Source: an uncultured bacterium (lineage in GTDB: Bacteria; Desulfobacterota_D; UBA1144; Nemesobacterales; UBA2774). Taken from it: a stretch of 64,000 nt of DNA. The notes below the pieces were generated by a model, which did not search any database, was not told the origin of the DNA, and saw only the letters and a list, made by a program, of their open reading frames with translations. Of the stretch, positions 28,681-38,153 are shown in pieces. The DNA is taken from contig CAVPJU010000010.1 of NCBI GenBank assembly GCA_963705505.1, positions 32,001 through 96,000 on the forward strand, in the 5' to 3' direction. The translations under genes were made by a program, and so were the position numbers. Position 1 is the first letter of the stretch. Every line of letters begins with the position of its first letter.

Positions 28681-30024
28681 TTGAGAAAAGCCAGGCTTAA
28701 GACCAAAACCCTTCCTGCGTCCGACAGAAAGAGTTCGAGGATCGGATCCATATCCAAGAAGAAGGAAAAGAAGAAAGAGAATTTCACGAATGCCGAGTAC
28801 GATAATTTCCCCGAGGATATCGAGAGCGTCCCGCAGGAGGAAGAGTTCCTGATGGATATCGACGATAAGGTGCTTGTCGAGCTCTCGGAGGCGGAGATCG
28901 ACCTGAAAGAGGAGAACCCGGAGGACGAATCGTCCGAGGAAAGCGGAAAGCAGTTTACGCCTGATGAGGAATTCAGGCTCTTACAGGTTTATTTCAAGGA
29001 GATGGGGATGGAGCCTCTCCTTACCCCGAAAGAGGAAATAGAGGTTTCGGCCAAGATAAAAAGGTGCGAGGCGAAAGCGGCCGAGATGAGGTCGATACTC
29101 GAAAACCTTTTTCAAAAACGGCTCGGCAAAGCGCTTGAAAGCACGATCTCCCAGGTGGAAGGCCTTAAACGCAGAGGCATGTCCGCGCGGATGAAAAACT
29201 CGAAAAAGCTGAAATCGGCCGTAAGGAAGCTCGACGGCGAAGCGGCAAAGAAAAGCATCAGGAGATCGACCCTCCTTTCAAAGGTGTACATGATGCGCGC
29301 GAGGCGCTTCAAGGAAAGGTTTATAAAAGCCAATCTCAGGCTCGTCGTGAGCATTGCGAAAAGGTATATGAGCAGGGGCCTCCCGCTGCCCGACCTGATT
29401 CAGGAAGGGAACGTGGGTCTCATGAGGGCGGTCGAGAGGTTTGACCATACGAAGGGGTATAAGTTCTCTACGTACGCGTCGTGGTGGATACATCAGGCGA
29501 TATCGCGCTCCCTTCTGGACCAGACGAGAACTATCAGGGTCCCGGTTTATGTGCTCGAGCAGGCGACCAAGGTCCACAGGGTCAGCTCGGCGATGAATAA
29601 GGAGATGGGAAGAAAGCCGCTCCCCGAAGAGATTTCGAGGAAGACCGGCATTTCCGTCGAGGGCGTAAAGAGGGTGCTCGAAGCGACCAAGGAAGTAGTT
29701 CAGCTCGACTCCCCTGTTCTCGACGGTGAGAAGACGACGCTCCTCGATTTCATACAGGACGACGTTACGGGCTCTCCCGACTTTGCCGTTGCGAAAGCCA
29801 CGCTTACATCGAAGATAAAGGACGCCCTCTCGACGCTCACGCCGCGCGAGGAACAGATACTCAAAATGAGGTTCGGCATAGGTTTCGAGACGACATTCAC
29901 GCTGGACGAGATAGGGAAACACTTCAGGCTGACCAGGGAACGCATCAGGCAGATAGAAAAGAGGGCTCTGGAGAAGCTCGAAGATTCCGACGTAGGGGCG
30001 ATACTTAAAAGTTTTATAGAGTAG
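28681..30024 (+). CDS. RNA polymerase sigma-70 factor, RpoD/RpoS family (divergent)
   Basis: ANLRLVVSIAKRY, DLIQEGN.GL..AV.RFD, KFSTYA.WWI, TRERIRQIE. Confidence 0.88.
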   Translation: MRKARLKTKTLPASDRKSSRIGSISKKKEKKKENFTNAEYDNFPEDIESVPQEEEFLMDIDDKVLVELSEAEIDLKEENPEDESSEESGKQFTPDEEFRLLQVYFKEMGMEPLLTPKEEIEVSAKIKRCEAKAAEMRSILENLFQKRLGKALESTISQVEGLKRRGMSARMKNSKKLKSAVRKLDGEAAKKSIRRSTLLSKVYMMRARRFKERFIKANLRLVVSIAKRYMSRGLPLPDLIQEGNVGLMRAVERFDHTKGYKFSTYASWWIHQAISRSLLDQTRTIRVPVYVLEQATKVHRVSSAMNKEMGRKPLPEEISRKTGISVEGVKRVLEATKEVVQLDSPVLDGEKTTLLDFIQDDVTGSPDFAVAKATLTSKIKDALSTLTPREEQILKMRFGIGFETTFTLDEIGKHFRLTRERIRQIEKRALEKLEDSDVGAILKSFIE

Positions 30025-30029
30025 AGTCG

Positions 30030-31685
30030 ATGCTCGTCGGACTCAACCTCAAAAATTTTACCGTCATTGACGAAATCGCCGTAAGCTTCGGTCCCGGACT
30101 CAATATAATCACCGGAGAGACAGGGGCGGGCAAATCCGTCATAGTCGATGCCGTGAACGTGATACTCGGGGATAAGGTGTCCCCGGAGTACATAAAAACG
30201 GGCAGGGAGGAGGCACACCTGGAGGCGCTTTTCGACGTATCCGAAAATGCCGCTCTCAGGGAGAGGCTCGATTCCCTCGGATTCGACACCCCGGACGGCG
30301 AACTCCTCGTAAAGCGCATAATCTACCGTAAGGGCAGGAGCAGGGCCTTTATAAACGGCGGCATAGCCACTCTCTCCATACTCGAGCAGGCAAGCGAAGG
30401 AATAATAGACATATTCAGCCAGCACGAGCACCAGAGCCTCCTCAGGGCGGAGAACCATGTGAAAGTTTTGGATGAGTACGGCGGGCACGCAGGGCTCGTA
30501 TCGGAGTTGAGGGAGATTTACGGCAGGTGGAGGGGCGTGAATAGAGAGCTCGACAGGCTCGTGGAGAGTCAGAAAACGCTCTTCGAGAGGGAAGACTTCC
30601 TCAAGTTCCAGTGCGCTGAGATAGACGACGCGCTCTTGAGAGAAGGGGAGGACACGGAGCTCGAGGACGAAAAGAAGAGGCTCCTTAACAGCGAGCGTCT
30701 CCTTTCGGCGGCGCGGGGTGCGTACGAGGCTCTATACGAGAGCGAGCCTTCACTCCTCGGGTCATTGAAGAGGCTCTCCTCGGATGTTCAGGACGCGAGC
30801 AGGATAGACGTCTCGCTCAGGCAGGCGGCGGAATCCATCGAAAACGCGGCTCTCCAGTTAAAGGACGCCGCTTTCACACTCAGGGACTACGCATCGGAGC
30901 TCAGCTTCGAGAGCGGCAGGCTCGAAGTGATCGAGAGCAGGCTTCAGGAGATAAAGGACCTCAAAAGGAAATTCGGCGAGACGATCATAGATATACTGAG
31001 AAAGAGAGAAGAGCTCGGAAGGGAGCTCCACGGCATAGCGAGCTACGAGGGTGAGGTCTCGAAGCTGAGAGAGGAGTCCGAGAAGATTAGGATCGAGCTC
31101 TATTCAAAGGCTGAAAAGCTCTCGAAGCTGAGGAAGGAATCGGCGGTTAAATTGAGCAGGTCCATCGAAAAGGAGCTCAAGGATGTAGGCATAAAGGGCG
31201 CAAGGTTTTCAGTAGCTTTCGGAGAGAAGGACGTCTCCGCCGACGGAATGGACGACGTCTCGTTCCTCTTCTCTGCAAACCCGGACGAAGATCCGAAACC
31301 CCTTACGAGAGTGGCTTCGGGTGGAGAGCTCTCGCGCATAATGCTCGTCTTAAAGGAGCTCATCGCGAAGATGGAGGGTGGCTCCGTGATCATATTCGAC
31401 GAGGCGGATTCGGGTATAGGCGGCGCCGTCGCCGAGACTGTCGGAAAGAAGATACGGAATCTCTCGGAGCACTGTCAGGTGATATGCATCACGCACCTGC
31501 CTCAAGTGGCTAAATTCGCCGATACGCATCTACTCGTGACGAAGACGCTTGAGGACAAAAAAACGCGTGTCGGGATACGGAGCCTCGGGCGGGAAGAAAG
31601 GGTCAGGGAGCTCGCCCGCATGATTGGCGGTATAAACGTAACCGAGAAAACTATCGAAACCGCAAAGGAGATGCTCGGCAACTAG
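30030..31685 (+). CDS. recN: DNA repair protein RecN
   Basis: TGETGAGKS, coiled coil, ASGGELSR, FDE.D.GIGG, ITHLPQVA. Confidence 0.95.
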   Translation: MLVGLNLKNFTVIDEIAVSFGPGLNIITGETGAGKSVIVDAVNVILGDKVSPEYIKTGREEAHLEALFDVSENAALRERLDSLGFDTPDGELLVKRIIYRKGRSRAFINGGIATLSILEQASEGIIDIFSQHEHQSLLRAENHVKVLDEYGGHAGLVSELREIYGRWRGVNRELDRLVESQKTLFEREDFLKFQCAEIDDALLREGEDTELEDEKKRLLNSERLLSAARGAYEALYESEPSLLGSLKRLSSDVQDASRIDVSLRQAAESIENAALQLKDAAFTLRDYASELSFESGRLEVIESRLQEIKDLKRKFGETIIDILRKREELGRELHGIASYEGEVSKLREESEKIRIELYSKAEKLSKLRKESAVKLSRSIEKELKDVGIKGARFSVAFGEKDVSADGMDDVSFLFSANPDEDPKPLTRVASGGELSRIMLVLKELIAKMEGGSVIIFDEADSGIGGAVAETVGKKIRNLSEHCQVICITHLPQVAKFADTHLLVTKTLEDKKTRVGIRSLGREERVRELARMIGGINVTEKTIETAKEMLGN

Positions 31686-31737
31686 ATTCGCCGCGAGGGG
31701 ATTTCAAACCGGCGAATGAGTAAGGGCTTGATCGAAA

Positions 31738-32298
31738 ATGCCTATAAGCGTTAAAGAGACGGAGCTTCCCGGAGTACTGGTGATAGAGTCCGAAATACAC
31801 TCGGACGCCAGGGGTTTCTACAAAGACGTATACCACCTTGAAAAGTACAGCTCCTCCGGCCTCGGTATGACGTTCGTTCAGGACAACCACTCACATTCGG
31901 TCAAGAATGTGCTCCGCGGAATTTATTACCAGATGACTAAGCCCCAGGGCAAACTCGTTATGGCAATAACCGGAGAGATTTTCGACGTGGCGGTGGATAT
32001 AAGGGCAGGCTCGCCTAATTTCGGGAAGTGGACGGGTGTTTACCTCTCGCCTCTCAATAACCGTCAGCTATATATACCCGAGGGTTTCGCACACGGGTTC
32101 TGCGTCCTCAGCGATTCCGCGGACGTAATATATAAATGCACGCAGTTTTATGCCGTCGATGAGGACTACGGCATACTCTGGTCGGACCCAACTCTCGATA
32201 TAAATTGGCCTGTGAAAGAGCCGATTCTATCGGAGAAGGACAAAAACAACCCCCCTCTCCACGAAATACCGCTCACGCTTCTTCCTTCTTACAAATAG
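31738..32298 (+). CDS. rfbC: dTDP-4-dehydrorhamnose 3,5-epimerase
   Basis: D.RG.F, VQDNHS.S..NVLRG, DVAVDIR..SP.FG, PEGFAHGF, YKC. Confidence 0.9.
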   Translation: MPISVKETELPGVLVIESEIHSDARGFYKDVYHLEKYSSSGLGMTFVQDNHSHSVKNVLRGIYYQMTKPQGKLVMAITGEIFDVAVDIRAGSPNFGKWTGVYLSPLNNRQLYIPEGFAHGFCVLSDSADVIYKCTQFYAVDEDYGILWSDPTLDINWPVKEPILSEKDKNNPPLHEIPLTLLPSYK

Positions 32299-32389
32299 AG
32301 TTGTTCGAAATAGATTCAGCCCGGCTGCAACGGGACGGTCCCTGAGACGTTTTTCGGTTCCGCGGGCCGCGTTTCTTATTCGGGCTGCC

Positions 32390-32944
32390 TTATGACTGGT
32401 AGGCTGCGAAGACGACGGCGGCGATCACCGTAGTCCATAGACCGCTCTTGTCCCCGACCGCTGTCTGGGTGTTATTCATCGTCTTTACGGTGTGCCCGCT
32501 TATCTTCCATATATCCTTTTGCTCGTCATAGCTCTTATCCGGGTCGAAAGGCGCGCCCAGCGTCGTGGCAAGCATGTACGCAGCGAGGTCCTCCGCGTAC
32601 TCCCCCGCTATCGTATCGTTCTGTCCGAAGCTGTGGTGCTCGGATATATAGCCGTGGTGCTCAGGGTCTTTCGGTATCGCGATGCCTGTGGTGGCCGCCA
32701 CGAGCCTGTTGGGCTCATTCGTGGCGTTTTCGCTCATCACTACGTGCACTATCTGTCCCGGGCTCAGATATTTTAGCCCGTTCGTGCGCGATATGAGTTT
32801 GCAGTTGGGAGGGAAAATACTCGACACCTTTACCAGGTTATATGCGGCAATCCCCGCGTCCCTGAGGGCCATTTCGAAGCTCGTGAGTTTCTCTTTGTGT
32901 TTCCCGACGCCTTTTGTGATGAAAGCCTTTTTTGGTAAAAGCAA
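32390..32944 (-). CDS. Pyruvoyl-dependent arginine decarboxylase
   Basis: SFE.ALRDAGIA.YNLV.VSSIFPP (Ser-Ser self-cleavage site), GYISEH; AAGGAGGT RBS upstream of a TTG start. Confidence 0.9.
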   Translation of the reverse strand: MLLPKKAFITKGVGKHKEKLTSFEMALRDAGIAAYNLVKVSSIFPPNCKLISRTNGLKYLSPGQIVHVVMSENATNEPNRLVAATTGIAIPKDPEHHGYISEHHSFGQNDTIAGEYAEDLAAYMLATTLGAPFDPDKSYDEQKDIWKISGHTVKTMNNTQTAVGDKSGLWTTVIAAVVFAAYQS

Positions 32945-33130
32945 TTTTGTTACCTCCTTGAATTAAAAGCAGAATTTTCTACTATAAGGCGGCAATTGTC
33001 AAACCCAGGGGCGTTTAAATAATGAGACAGGGCGCGCTGTGCCGGTTTTGCATTTTTTGTAATCCCGTTCTGACGTCATTTGTGACTGTTTTTCCTGCTT
33101 AATTTTCAACATTTAATATTTATTTGTTCC

Positions 33131-33143
33131 TAACCCCTTGAAA
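33131..33143. promoter_or_regulatory. Possible IHF site
   Basis: TAACCCCTTGAAA has one mismatch to YAANNNNTTGATW and lies about 30 bp upstream of the sigma54 box. Confidence 0.4.
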
Positions 33144-33170
33144 ACATTCGATTGGTGACTAGGTTGTATA

Positions 33171-33187
33171 TTGGCACGCAAATTGCA
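33171..33187 (+). promoter_or_regulatory. Sigma54 (-24/-12) promoter
   Basis: TTGGCACGCAAATTGCA fits TGGCACG-N4-TTGC[AT]; GG at 33173-74 and GC at 33185-86 have the exact spacing. Confidence 0.85.
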
Positions 33188-33234
33188 TGTAAATAATACA
33201 TGACGTTGTAAAAATTTCAACAGGAGGTAGGTAA

Positions 33235-33453
33235 ATGGACATCAAAATAGTACCATATAGGTTCGAGCCGTCATGCGATTGTTCGCCCGAAGCCGTAGGT
33301 TTTGACAAGAGCCTCCACATAGGCAGCGTTCACGCTCCCATTACTTATTGGGGGGTTTTCCTGAACGAGAACAGGGTTTCTACGACCTCTTCGAGAGAAC
33401 TCGCCGAAAAGACCAAGGAGTGGATGGAGAACTGGCTGGCAAGCCCGCAATAA
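33235..33453 (+). CDS. Hypothetical 72-aa protein (CxC motif)
   Basis: AGGAGGT RBS, upstream sigma54 promoter and downstream terminator; no recognisable family. Confidence 0.75.
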   Translation: MDIKIVPYRFEPSCDCSPEAVGFDKSLHIGSVHAPITYWGVFLNENRVSTTSSRELAEKTKEWMENWLASPQ

Positions 33454-33481
33454 CGAAAAAAATATCCGATACCCCCTATCT

Positions 33482-33525
33482 GCCGCATTGATGCATATGC
33501 TTTATGCATCAATGCGGCTTTGTTT
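33482..33525 (+). terminator. Rho-independent terminator
   Basis: Perfect 16-bp stem GCCGCATTGATGCATA / TATGCATCAATGCGGC followed by TTTGTTT. Confidence 0.8.
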
Positions 33526-33673
33526 CGCAAATCCCTCATACACCCCATATGGATTATCCCGGCGCGGAGAGCCGCCGGACCTCTATGATTGCCCGGTCTT
33601 TGACTGCGGGCTCCGTTTGGAAGTATATTAGTCGCAGAAGGCTTATATATATCTGACGAGGAGACGGGTTGAT

Positions 33674-34705
33674 ATGAAGGCTGTCGTTACGGGCGGAACC
33701 GGGTTCATAGGCGGACGGCTCGTCGAAGAGCTCGTTGAAAAGGGATACAAAGTCAGATGTCTCGTCAGGGACACGAGCGACGTAAAGATGCTTAAGGAGC
33801 TGGGCGCCGAGCTTTACCACGGCGACCTCGGCGATAGCCGAAGCCTCGAGAGACTGCCCGAGGGCGGCGACGTGGTATTCCACCTGGCTGCTCTGGTTTC
33901 CGACTGGGGGGAGAGGTCGGAGTTCCGGAGATTCAATGTAGATGCAACCAACACCCTTCTCGAAGCTTCGCTGAAGTCGGGCGTGAAGAGGTTCGTCCAT
34001 ATGAGCTCCTCCACGGTCGTCTGGAAGTCCGACTTCTGGAACGTCCACAACCTGATCGACATAGACGAGACTTTCCCGTACAGGGACAGATACAACGATT
34101 ATTACAACGAGTCGAAGGCGGATGCTGAAAGGCTCGTATTAAGATTTTACAGGGACCGTGGTCTCGGGACCGTGGTCATCAGGCCCTCAAACGTCTGGGG
34201 CGCCGGAGATACGGTGATTCTTCCGCGGGTGGCGATGGCAGCCCGGAAAGGAATTCTTTTCCCCATGGGCAGCGGCGTGAGGACCGTCACTCCCTGCCAT
34301 GTCTCGAACCTCGCCAGGGCTCTCGTCCTCGCGGCGGAGAGCGGGAGAGCGCCGGGCAATATCTACTTCGTAAACGACGGGGTAAAAATAAGCTACATGG
34401 AGTTTCTTAAGAAACAGTTAAAAGCGGCGGGGATCGACTGGACTCCGGGTTTCTCTATACCGTATAAATTCGCGTATGCTCTGGCGTCGATCATGGAGTC
34501 CGCATACCGCGCGAGGAAATCGAAGAAGCCCCCCGTGCTCACCAGGTTTGCCGTGGCTGCGCTCGCCGGCAGCAGGAGCTACTCCATAGAAAAGGCGAGG
34601 CGGGACCTCGGTTACGAGCCTTCCGTCGATATGGACCTGGGGATGAGAGAGATGGAGAACTGGGTCAAGCTCCTGGGCGGAACCGACGCGCTTTTGAAAT
34701 CATGA
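33674..34705 (+). CDS. NAD-dependent epimerase/dehydratase (3-beta-HSD-like extended SDR)
   Basis: VTGGTGFIG, FHLAA, HMSS, YNESK, RP..VWG.GD. Confidence 0.85.
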   Translation: MKAVVTGGTGFIGGRLVEELVEKGYKVRCLVRDTSDVKMLKELGAELYHGDLGDSRSLERLPEGGDVVFHLAALVSDWGERSEFRRFNVDATNTLLEASLKSGVKRFVHMSSSTVVWKSDFWNVHNLIDIDETFPYRDRYNDYYNESKADAERLVLRFYRDRGLGTVVIRPSNVWGAGDTVILPRVAMAARKGILFPMGSGVRTVTPCHVSNLARALVLAAESGRAPGNIYFVNDGVKISYMEFLKKQLKAAGIDWTPGFSIPYKFAYALASIMESAYRARKSKKPPVLTRFAVAALAGSRSYSIEKARRDLGYEPSVDMDLGMREMENWVKLLGGTDALLKS

Positions 34706-34795
34706 CCGGTATAAATATTTTCCTGACATCATGAATGCACGACCGTTTGATTGAAAGAAGGCTTCATTTAATGTAGTTTTCTTCACGCCCCCGAT

Positions 34796-35527
34796 ATGCA
34801 GGACTCACACACGGATTCAGGATTCGATATCCAAGCCCAGGGACTGACGAAGTCGTTCGGTAATTTTGAAGCCCTCTGCGGGATAGACCTCGATATCAGA
34901 AAGGGGGAGTTCTTCACCCTGTTCGGCCCGAACGGAGCGGGCAAGACCACTTTTATCCGGATACTCTCCACCCTTGCAAAACCCTCCTCGGGAAAGCTGA
35001 CGATATCGGGGTTCGATGCGAGGAAGGAGCCCGACAAGGTGAGACGGGTTACCGGGGTGATATCGCACGACCCGTTTTTATACGAGAACCTGAGCGCGTT
35101 CGAGAATATAAAATTCTTCGGGACCCTTTACGGGGTCGAGAACATAGATGACAGGGGCGAGGAAGTCATAAAACAGGTCGGACTCGGTCAGCGCATGCAC
35201 GATCTCGTGAGGAATTTCAGCCGGGGCATGAAGCAGCGCCTGGCGGTAGCGCGGGCGATAGTACACGAGCCCGGGATACTCCTCCTGGATGAGCCTTATA
35301 CGGGGCTCGACCAGCACGGGGCAAAAGTATTCGGGGAGATGCTCACACTCCTTAAATCCCGGAACCGGACGATACTAATGACAACTCACAATATGGATGA
35401 AGGCCTTGACCGGAGCGACCGTATAGGCATTCTCGCCGGGGGGCGTATAGTCTATGAATGCGGAAGGGAAGGGGTGGATAAGGACACCTTCAAGGAAATA
35501 TACATTTCGAGTGTGGAAAATTCATAA
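34796..35527 (+). CDS. ccmA: Heme exporter ATP-binding protein CcmA
   Basis: GPNGAGKTT, FSRGMKQR, LLLDEPYTGLD; ccm context. Confidence 0.85.
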   Translation: MQDSHTDSGFDIQAQGLTKSFGNFEALCGIDLDIRKGEFFTLFGPNGAGKTTFIRILSTLAKPSSGKLTISGFDARKEPDKVRRVTGVISHDPFLYENLSAFENIKFFGTLYGVENIDDRGEEVIKQVGLGQRMHDLVRNFSRGMKQRLAVARAIVHEPGILLLDEPYTGLDQHGAKVFGEMLTLLKSRNRTILMTTHNMDEGLDRSDRIGILAGGRIVYECGREGVDKDTFKEIYISSVENS

Positions 35528-35805
35528 AACGTAAAATTACTTGAAGTATTTGGATGGCAGGCATGCCAGTTATTACAGGATGATACAGCAAATATATAAT
35601 GCAATAACTGATGTTGGTAAATTAATATTTCGGATCACGGTTTAGAGTTAAAATACTTTTATTTACGAGCATTATGCAGAATATTAAATATGTATAGTAA
35701 TAACTACATATCATTGGATATTATGGCTCCACACTGCATCGATTGCCCGTATCCCGGAGTCAAAGTCTCAATCCACGAGAGCCGGAAGACGGAGGCTGAC
35801 CCGGA

Positions 35806-36477
35806 TTGAAAAAGGTTTGGGCGATAATCAGGAAGGATTTTGTGACGGAGATGAGGACAAAAGAGCTCTTCTCCTCCATGCTGACATTTTCACTCCTGGT
35901 TACGGTGATATTCAGCTTCGCTTTCGGGTTCTCGACGGAGCTTGTCAGGCTTTCGGCACCGGCGATGCTATGGATCACGTTCACGTTCGCCGGGGTCCTC
36001 GGCCTCTCCCGCTCGTTCGCGCTGGAGAAGGAAGGTAACGCCGTCCTCGGCCTCCTCCTCACGCCGACGGACAGGAGTCTCATTTACTTCGGTAAAATGA
36101 TAAGCGGCACGGTCTTCGTTTTCATAGTCGGCATTATAATCGTCCCGATGTTCATTCTCTTCTTCAATCTCAGCTTCCTGGCCACTCTCGTGCCTCTCGT
36201 GCCCGTCATATTCCTGGGCGCGCTCGGATTCGTCTCCGTGGGCACGTTGTTTTCAGCTATGGCCGTCAATACGCGGCTCCGCGAGGTGCTCCTCCCGATA
36301 CTCCTCTTTCCGATAATCATCCCGCTCATTGTGAGCGCGGTGAAGCTGACGGGACTCGTGCTTGAGGGGAAGCCGCTCTCGGAGGGATCTTCCGCTTTAC
36401 AACTCCTCATAGCATTCGATATAATCTTTATTGCCGCGTGCGCCGTGGTCTTCGAATTCGTGATAGAGGAATCGTAG
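35806..36477 (+). CDS. ccmB: Heme exporter protein CcmB
   Basis: KD...E.R, LW..F.FAG.LGL.RSF..EK, R.REVLLP.LL.P; multi-TM. Confidence 0.88.
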   Translation: MKKVWAIIRKDFVTEMRTKELFSSMLTFSLLVTVIFSFAFGFSTELVRLSAPAMLWITFTFAGVLGLSRSFALEKEGNAVLGLLLTPTDRSLIYFGKMISGTVFVFIVGIIIVPMFILFFNLSFLATLVPLVPVIFLGALGFVSVGTLFSAMAVNTRLREVLLPILLFPIIIPLIVSAVKLTGLVLEGKPLSEGSSALQLLIAFDIIFIAACAVVFEFVIEES

Positions 36478-36490
36478 GGGGCAATTCAAC

Positions 36491-37162
36491 ATGAGCCGGA
36501 TAATGAGAAAAGTGCTGGTAGTCCTCACGTTCATAGGCATGGCTGCTTCCCTCTATGCCGCCTTCGTTTACGCACCCACCGAGCCCAAGATGGGGCACAT
36601 ACAGAGGATATTCTATATCCACATGGGGACTGTGTGGGTTGCGACTGTGGCGTTCATAATCGTATTCGTATCGAGCATTATGTATCTCTGGAAGGAGAGC
36701 AGGAAGTGGGACATCCTCGCTTACTGCTCAGCGGAGATAGGCGTCGTTTTCCTTACCATCACGATACTCACCGGGAGCATCTGGGCAAAGCCCATATGGG
36801 GCACATGGTGGACCTGGGACCCCCAGCTCACGACGACATTTATATTGTGGATACTCTATATCGTTTACCTCGTGCTCAGGTCGTCTGCCGGCAGCGACAC
36901 GAAAAAGGCCAAGTTCGCTGCGGTCTTCGGAATAATCGCGTTTATCGACCTGCCGCTCGTATACATATCCGTGAGGGTCATGAGGGGTATCTCCCCCGTG
37001 GTGTTCGGCCCCGGAGGCGGGGGCATTACGCCCGAGATGCTGTATGCCCTCCTGATTAACCTTGCGACGTGTTCCCTTTTATTCATTTTGCTCCTCCTCG
37101 AGCGGATGGACATTGAGCGGATGGGCGACCGACTCGCGGGCTTAAAGGCCGGTAGAACCTGA
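36491..37162 (+). CDS. ccmC: Cytochrome c biogenesis heme chaperone CcmC
   Basis: RIFYIH, TGSIWAKPIWGTWWTWDP (WWD domain). Confidence 0.9.
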   Translation: MSRIMRKVLVVLTFIGMAASLYAAFVYAPTEPKMGHIQRIFYIHMGTVWVATVAFIIVFVSSIMYLWKESRKWDILAYCSAEIGVVFLTITILTGSIWAKPIWGTWWTWDPQLTTTFILWILYIVYLVLRSSAGSDTKKAKFAAVFGIIAFIDLPLVYISVRVMRGISPVVFGPGGGGITPEMLYALLINLATCSLLFILLLLERMDIERMGDRLAGLKAGRT

Positions 37163-37300
37163 TCCGGGGCGTGTGCGGTCTCATCGCCGGTCCGCCGCAG
37201 CGGGCGGCAATACTTAAGACGTAACATTACTAATACTGTATAATTAGCTTTCAATTAATAAGTATTAAATACGGCTCGGCTCTCTTTCAGGCAAAAGGCA

Positions 37301-37966
37301 ATGGAAAGTCAAGGCGAAATGTATGACTACTACGTAATAGCGGCGGTAGTCATCGGACTCATCGAGTGCTTTTTCGGCTACAGGATTCTCAGGTTCCTCC
37401 TGGGCGTGCTGGGCTTCATCGCAGGCGCCGTGGTGGCCGGGAGCCTCGGGTACGAGCTCTCAAACGGAAGCGAGCTGATTTCCATTATCTCCGGTATAGC
37501 GGGCGGTGTCATAGGCGCTTTCATCATGTACACGCTCTACGTAGTGGGGGTGTTTGCCATAGGGGCGGCGCTCGGCTTCATGATAGCGTCCTACGTTTTC
37601 GGCATTATGAATACGGGCCCTGTCACTCTGATGCTCGTAGCCGCAGCCGCGGCAGGCGGTATTCTCGCGGCTGTTTTCCGGAAGCCCATGCTTATACTCG
37701 CGACCGCTTACGGCGGCTCGTATGCGGCGGTTACGGGGGTTTCGTACCTGCTCGCAAAGAATTTCAATCCTCTCGATCCGGAGTTCCTGAATTCCCTCGG
37801 TGAGGACCAGCTCTACAGGATGGCGATTATATGGTTCGGCCTCGGGGTATTCGGCTTCGTCGTCCAGCTTATGACTCTTCCCGCCGCTGGAGAAGCCGGG
37901 GATTCCGCCGCGGACGACGTCGGGGAAGCGGGTGCCGGAGAGGAGGACGGGGGAAAGGAGTCCTGA
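37301..37966 (+). CDS. DUF4203 (TM7S3/TMEM198-like) membrane protein
   Basis: G...CFFGYR..R....GF.AG; TA..G; multiple Gly-rich TM helices. Confidence 0.7.
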   Translation: MESQGEMYDYYVIAAVVIGLIECFFGYRILRFLLGVLGFIAGAVVAGSLGYELSNGSELISIISGIAGGVIGAFIMYTLYVVGVFAIGAALGFMIASYVFGIMNTGPVTLMLVAAAAAGGILAAVFRKPMLILATAYGGSYAAVTGVSYLLAKNFNPLDPEFLNSLGEDQLYRMAIIWFGLGVFGFVVQLMTLPAAGEAGDSAADDVGEAGAGEEDGGKES

Positions 37967-38153
37967 GGGCGGGCAAAAATCTGCTTTTATAACTAAAATT
38001 AGTCATTGACCGCGGTTAAAATATCCGTGAAACTGAGTATTGCCGATTATTTCCGGCTGCGGGCGTGGTTTTAATAGGGGTAGCGTATGGTTTTTTAATT
38101 TCCCGTGGGTGCAGGTATTCTTTTTAGAGCCGGTGAGGGAGATTGATTCTATC

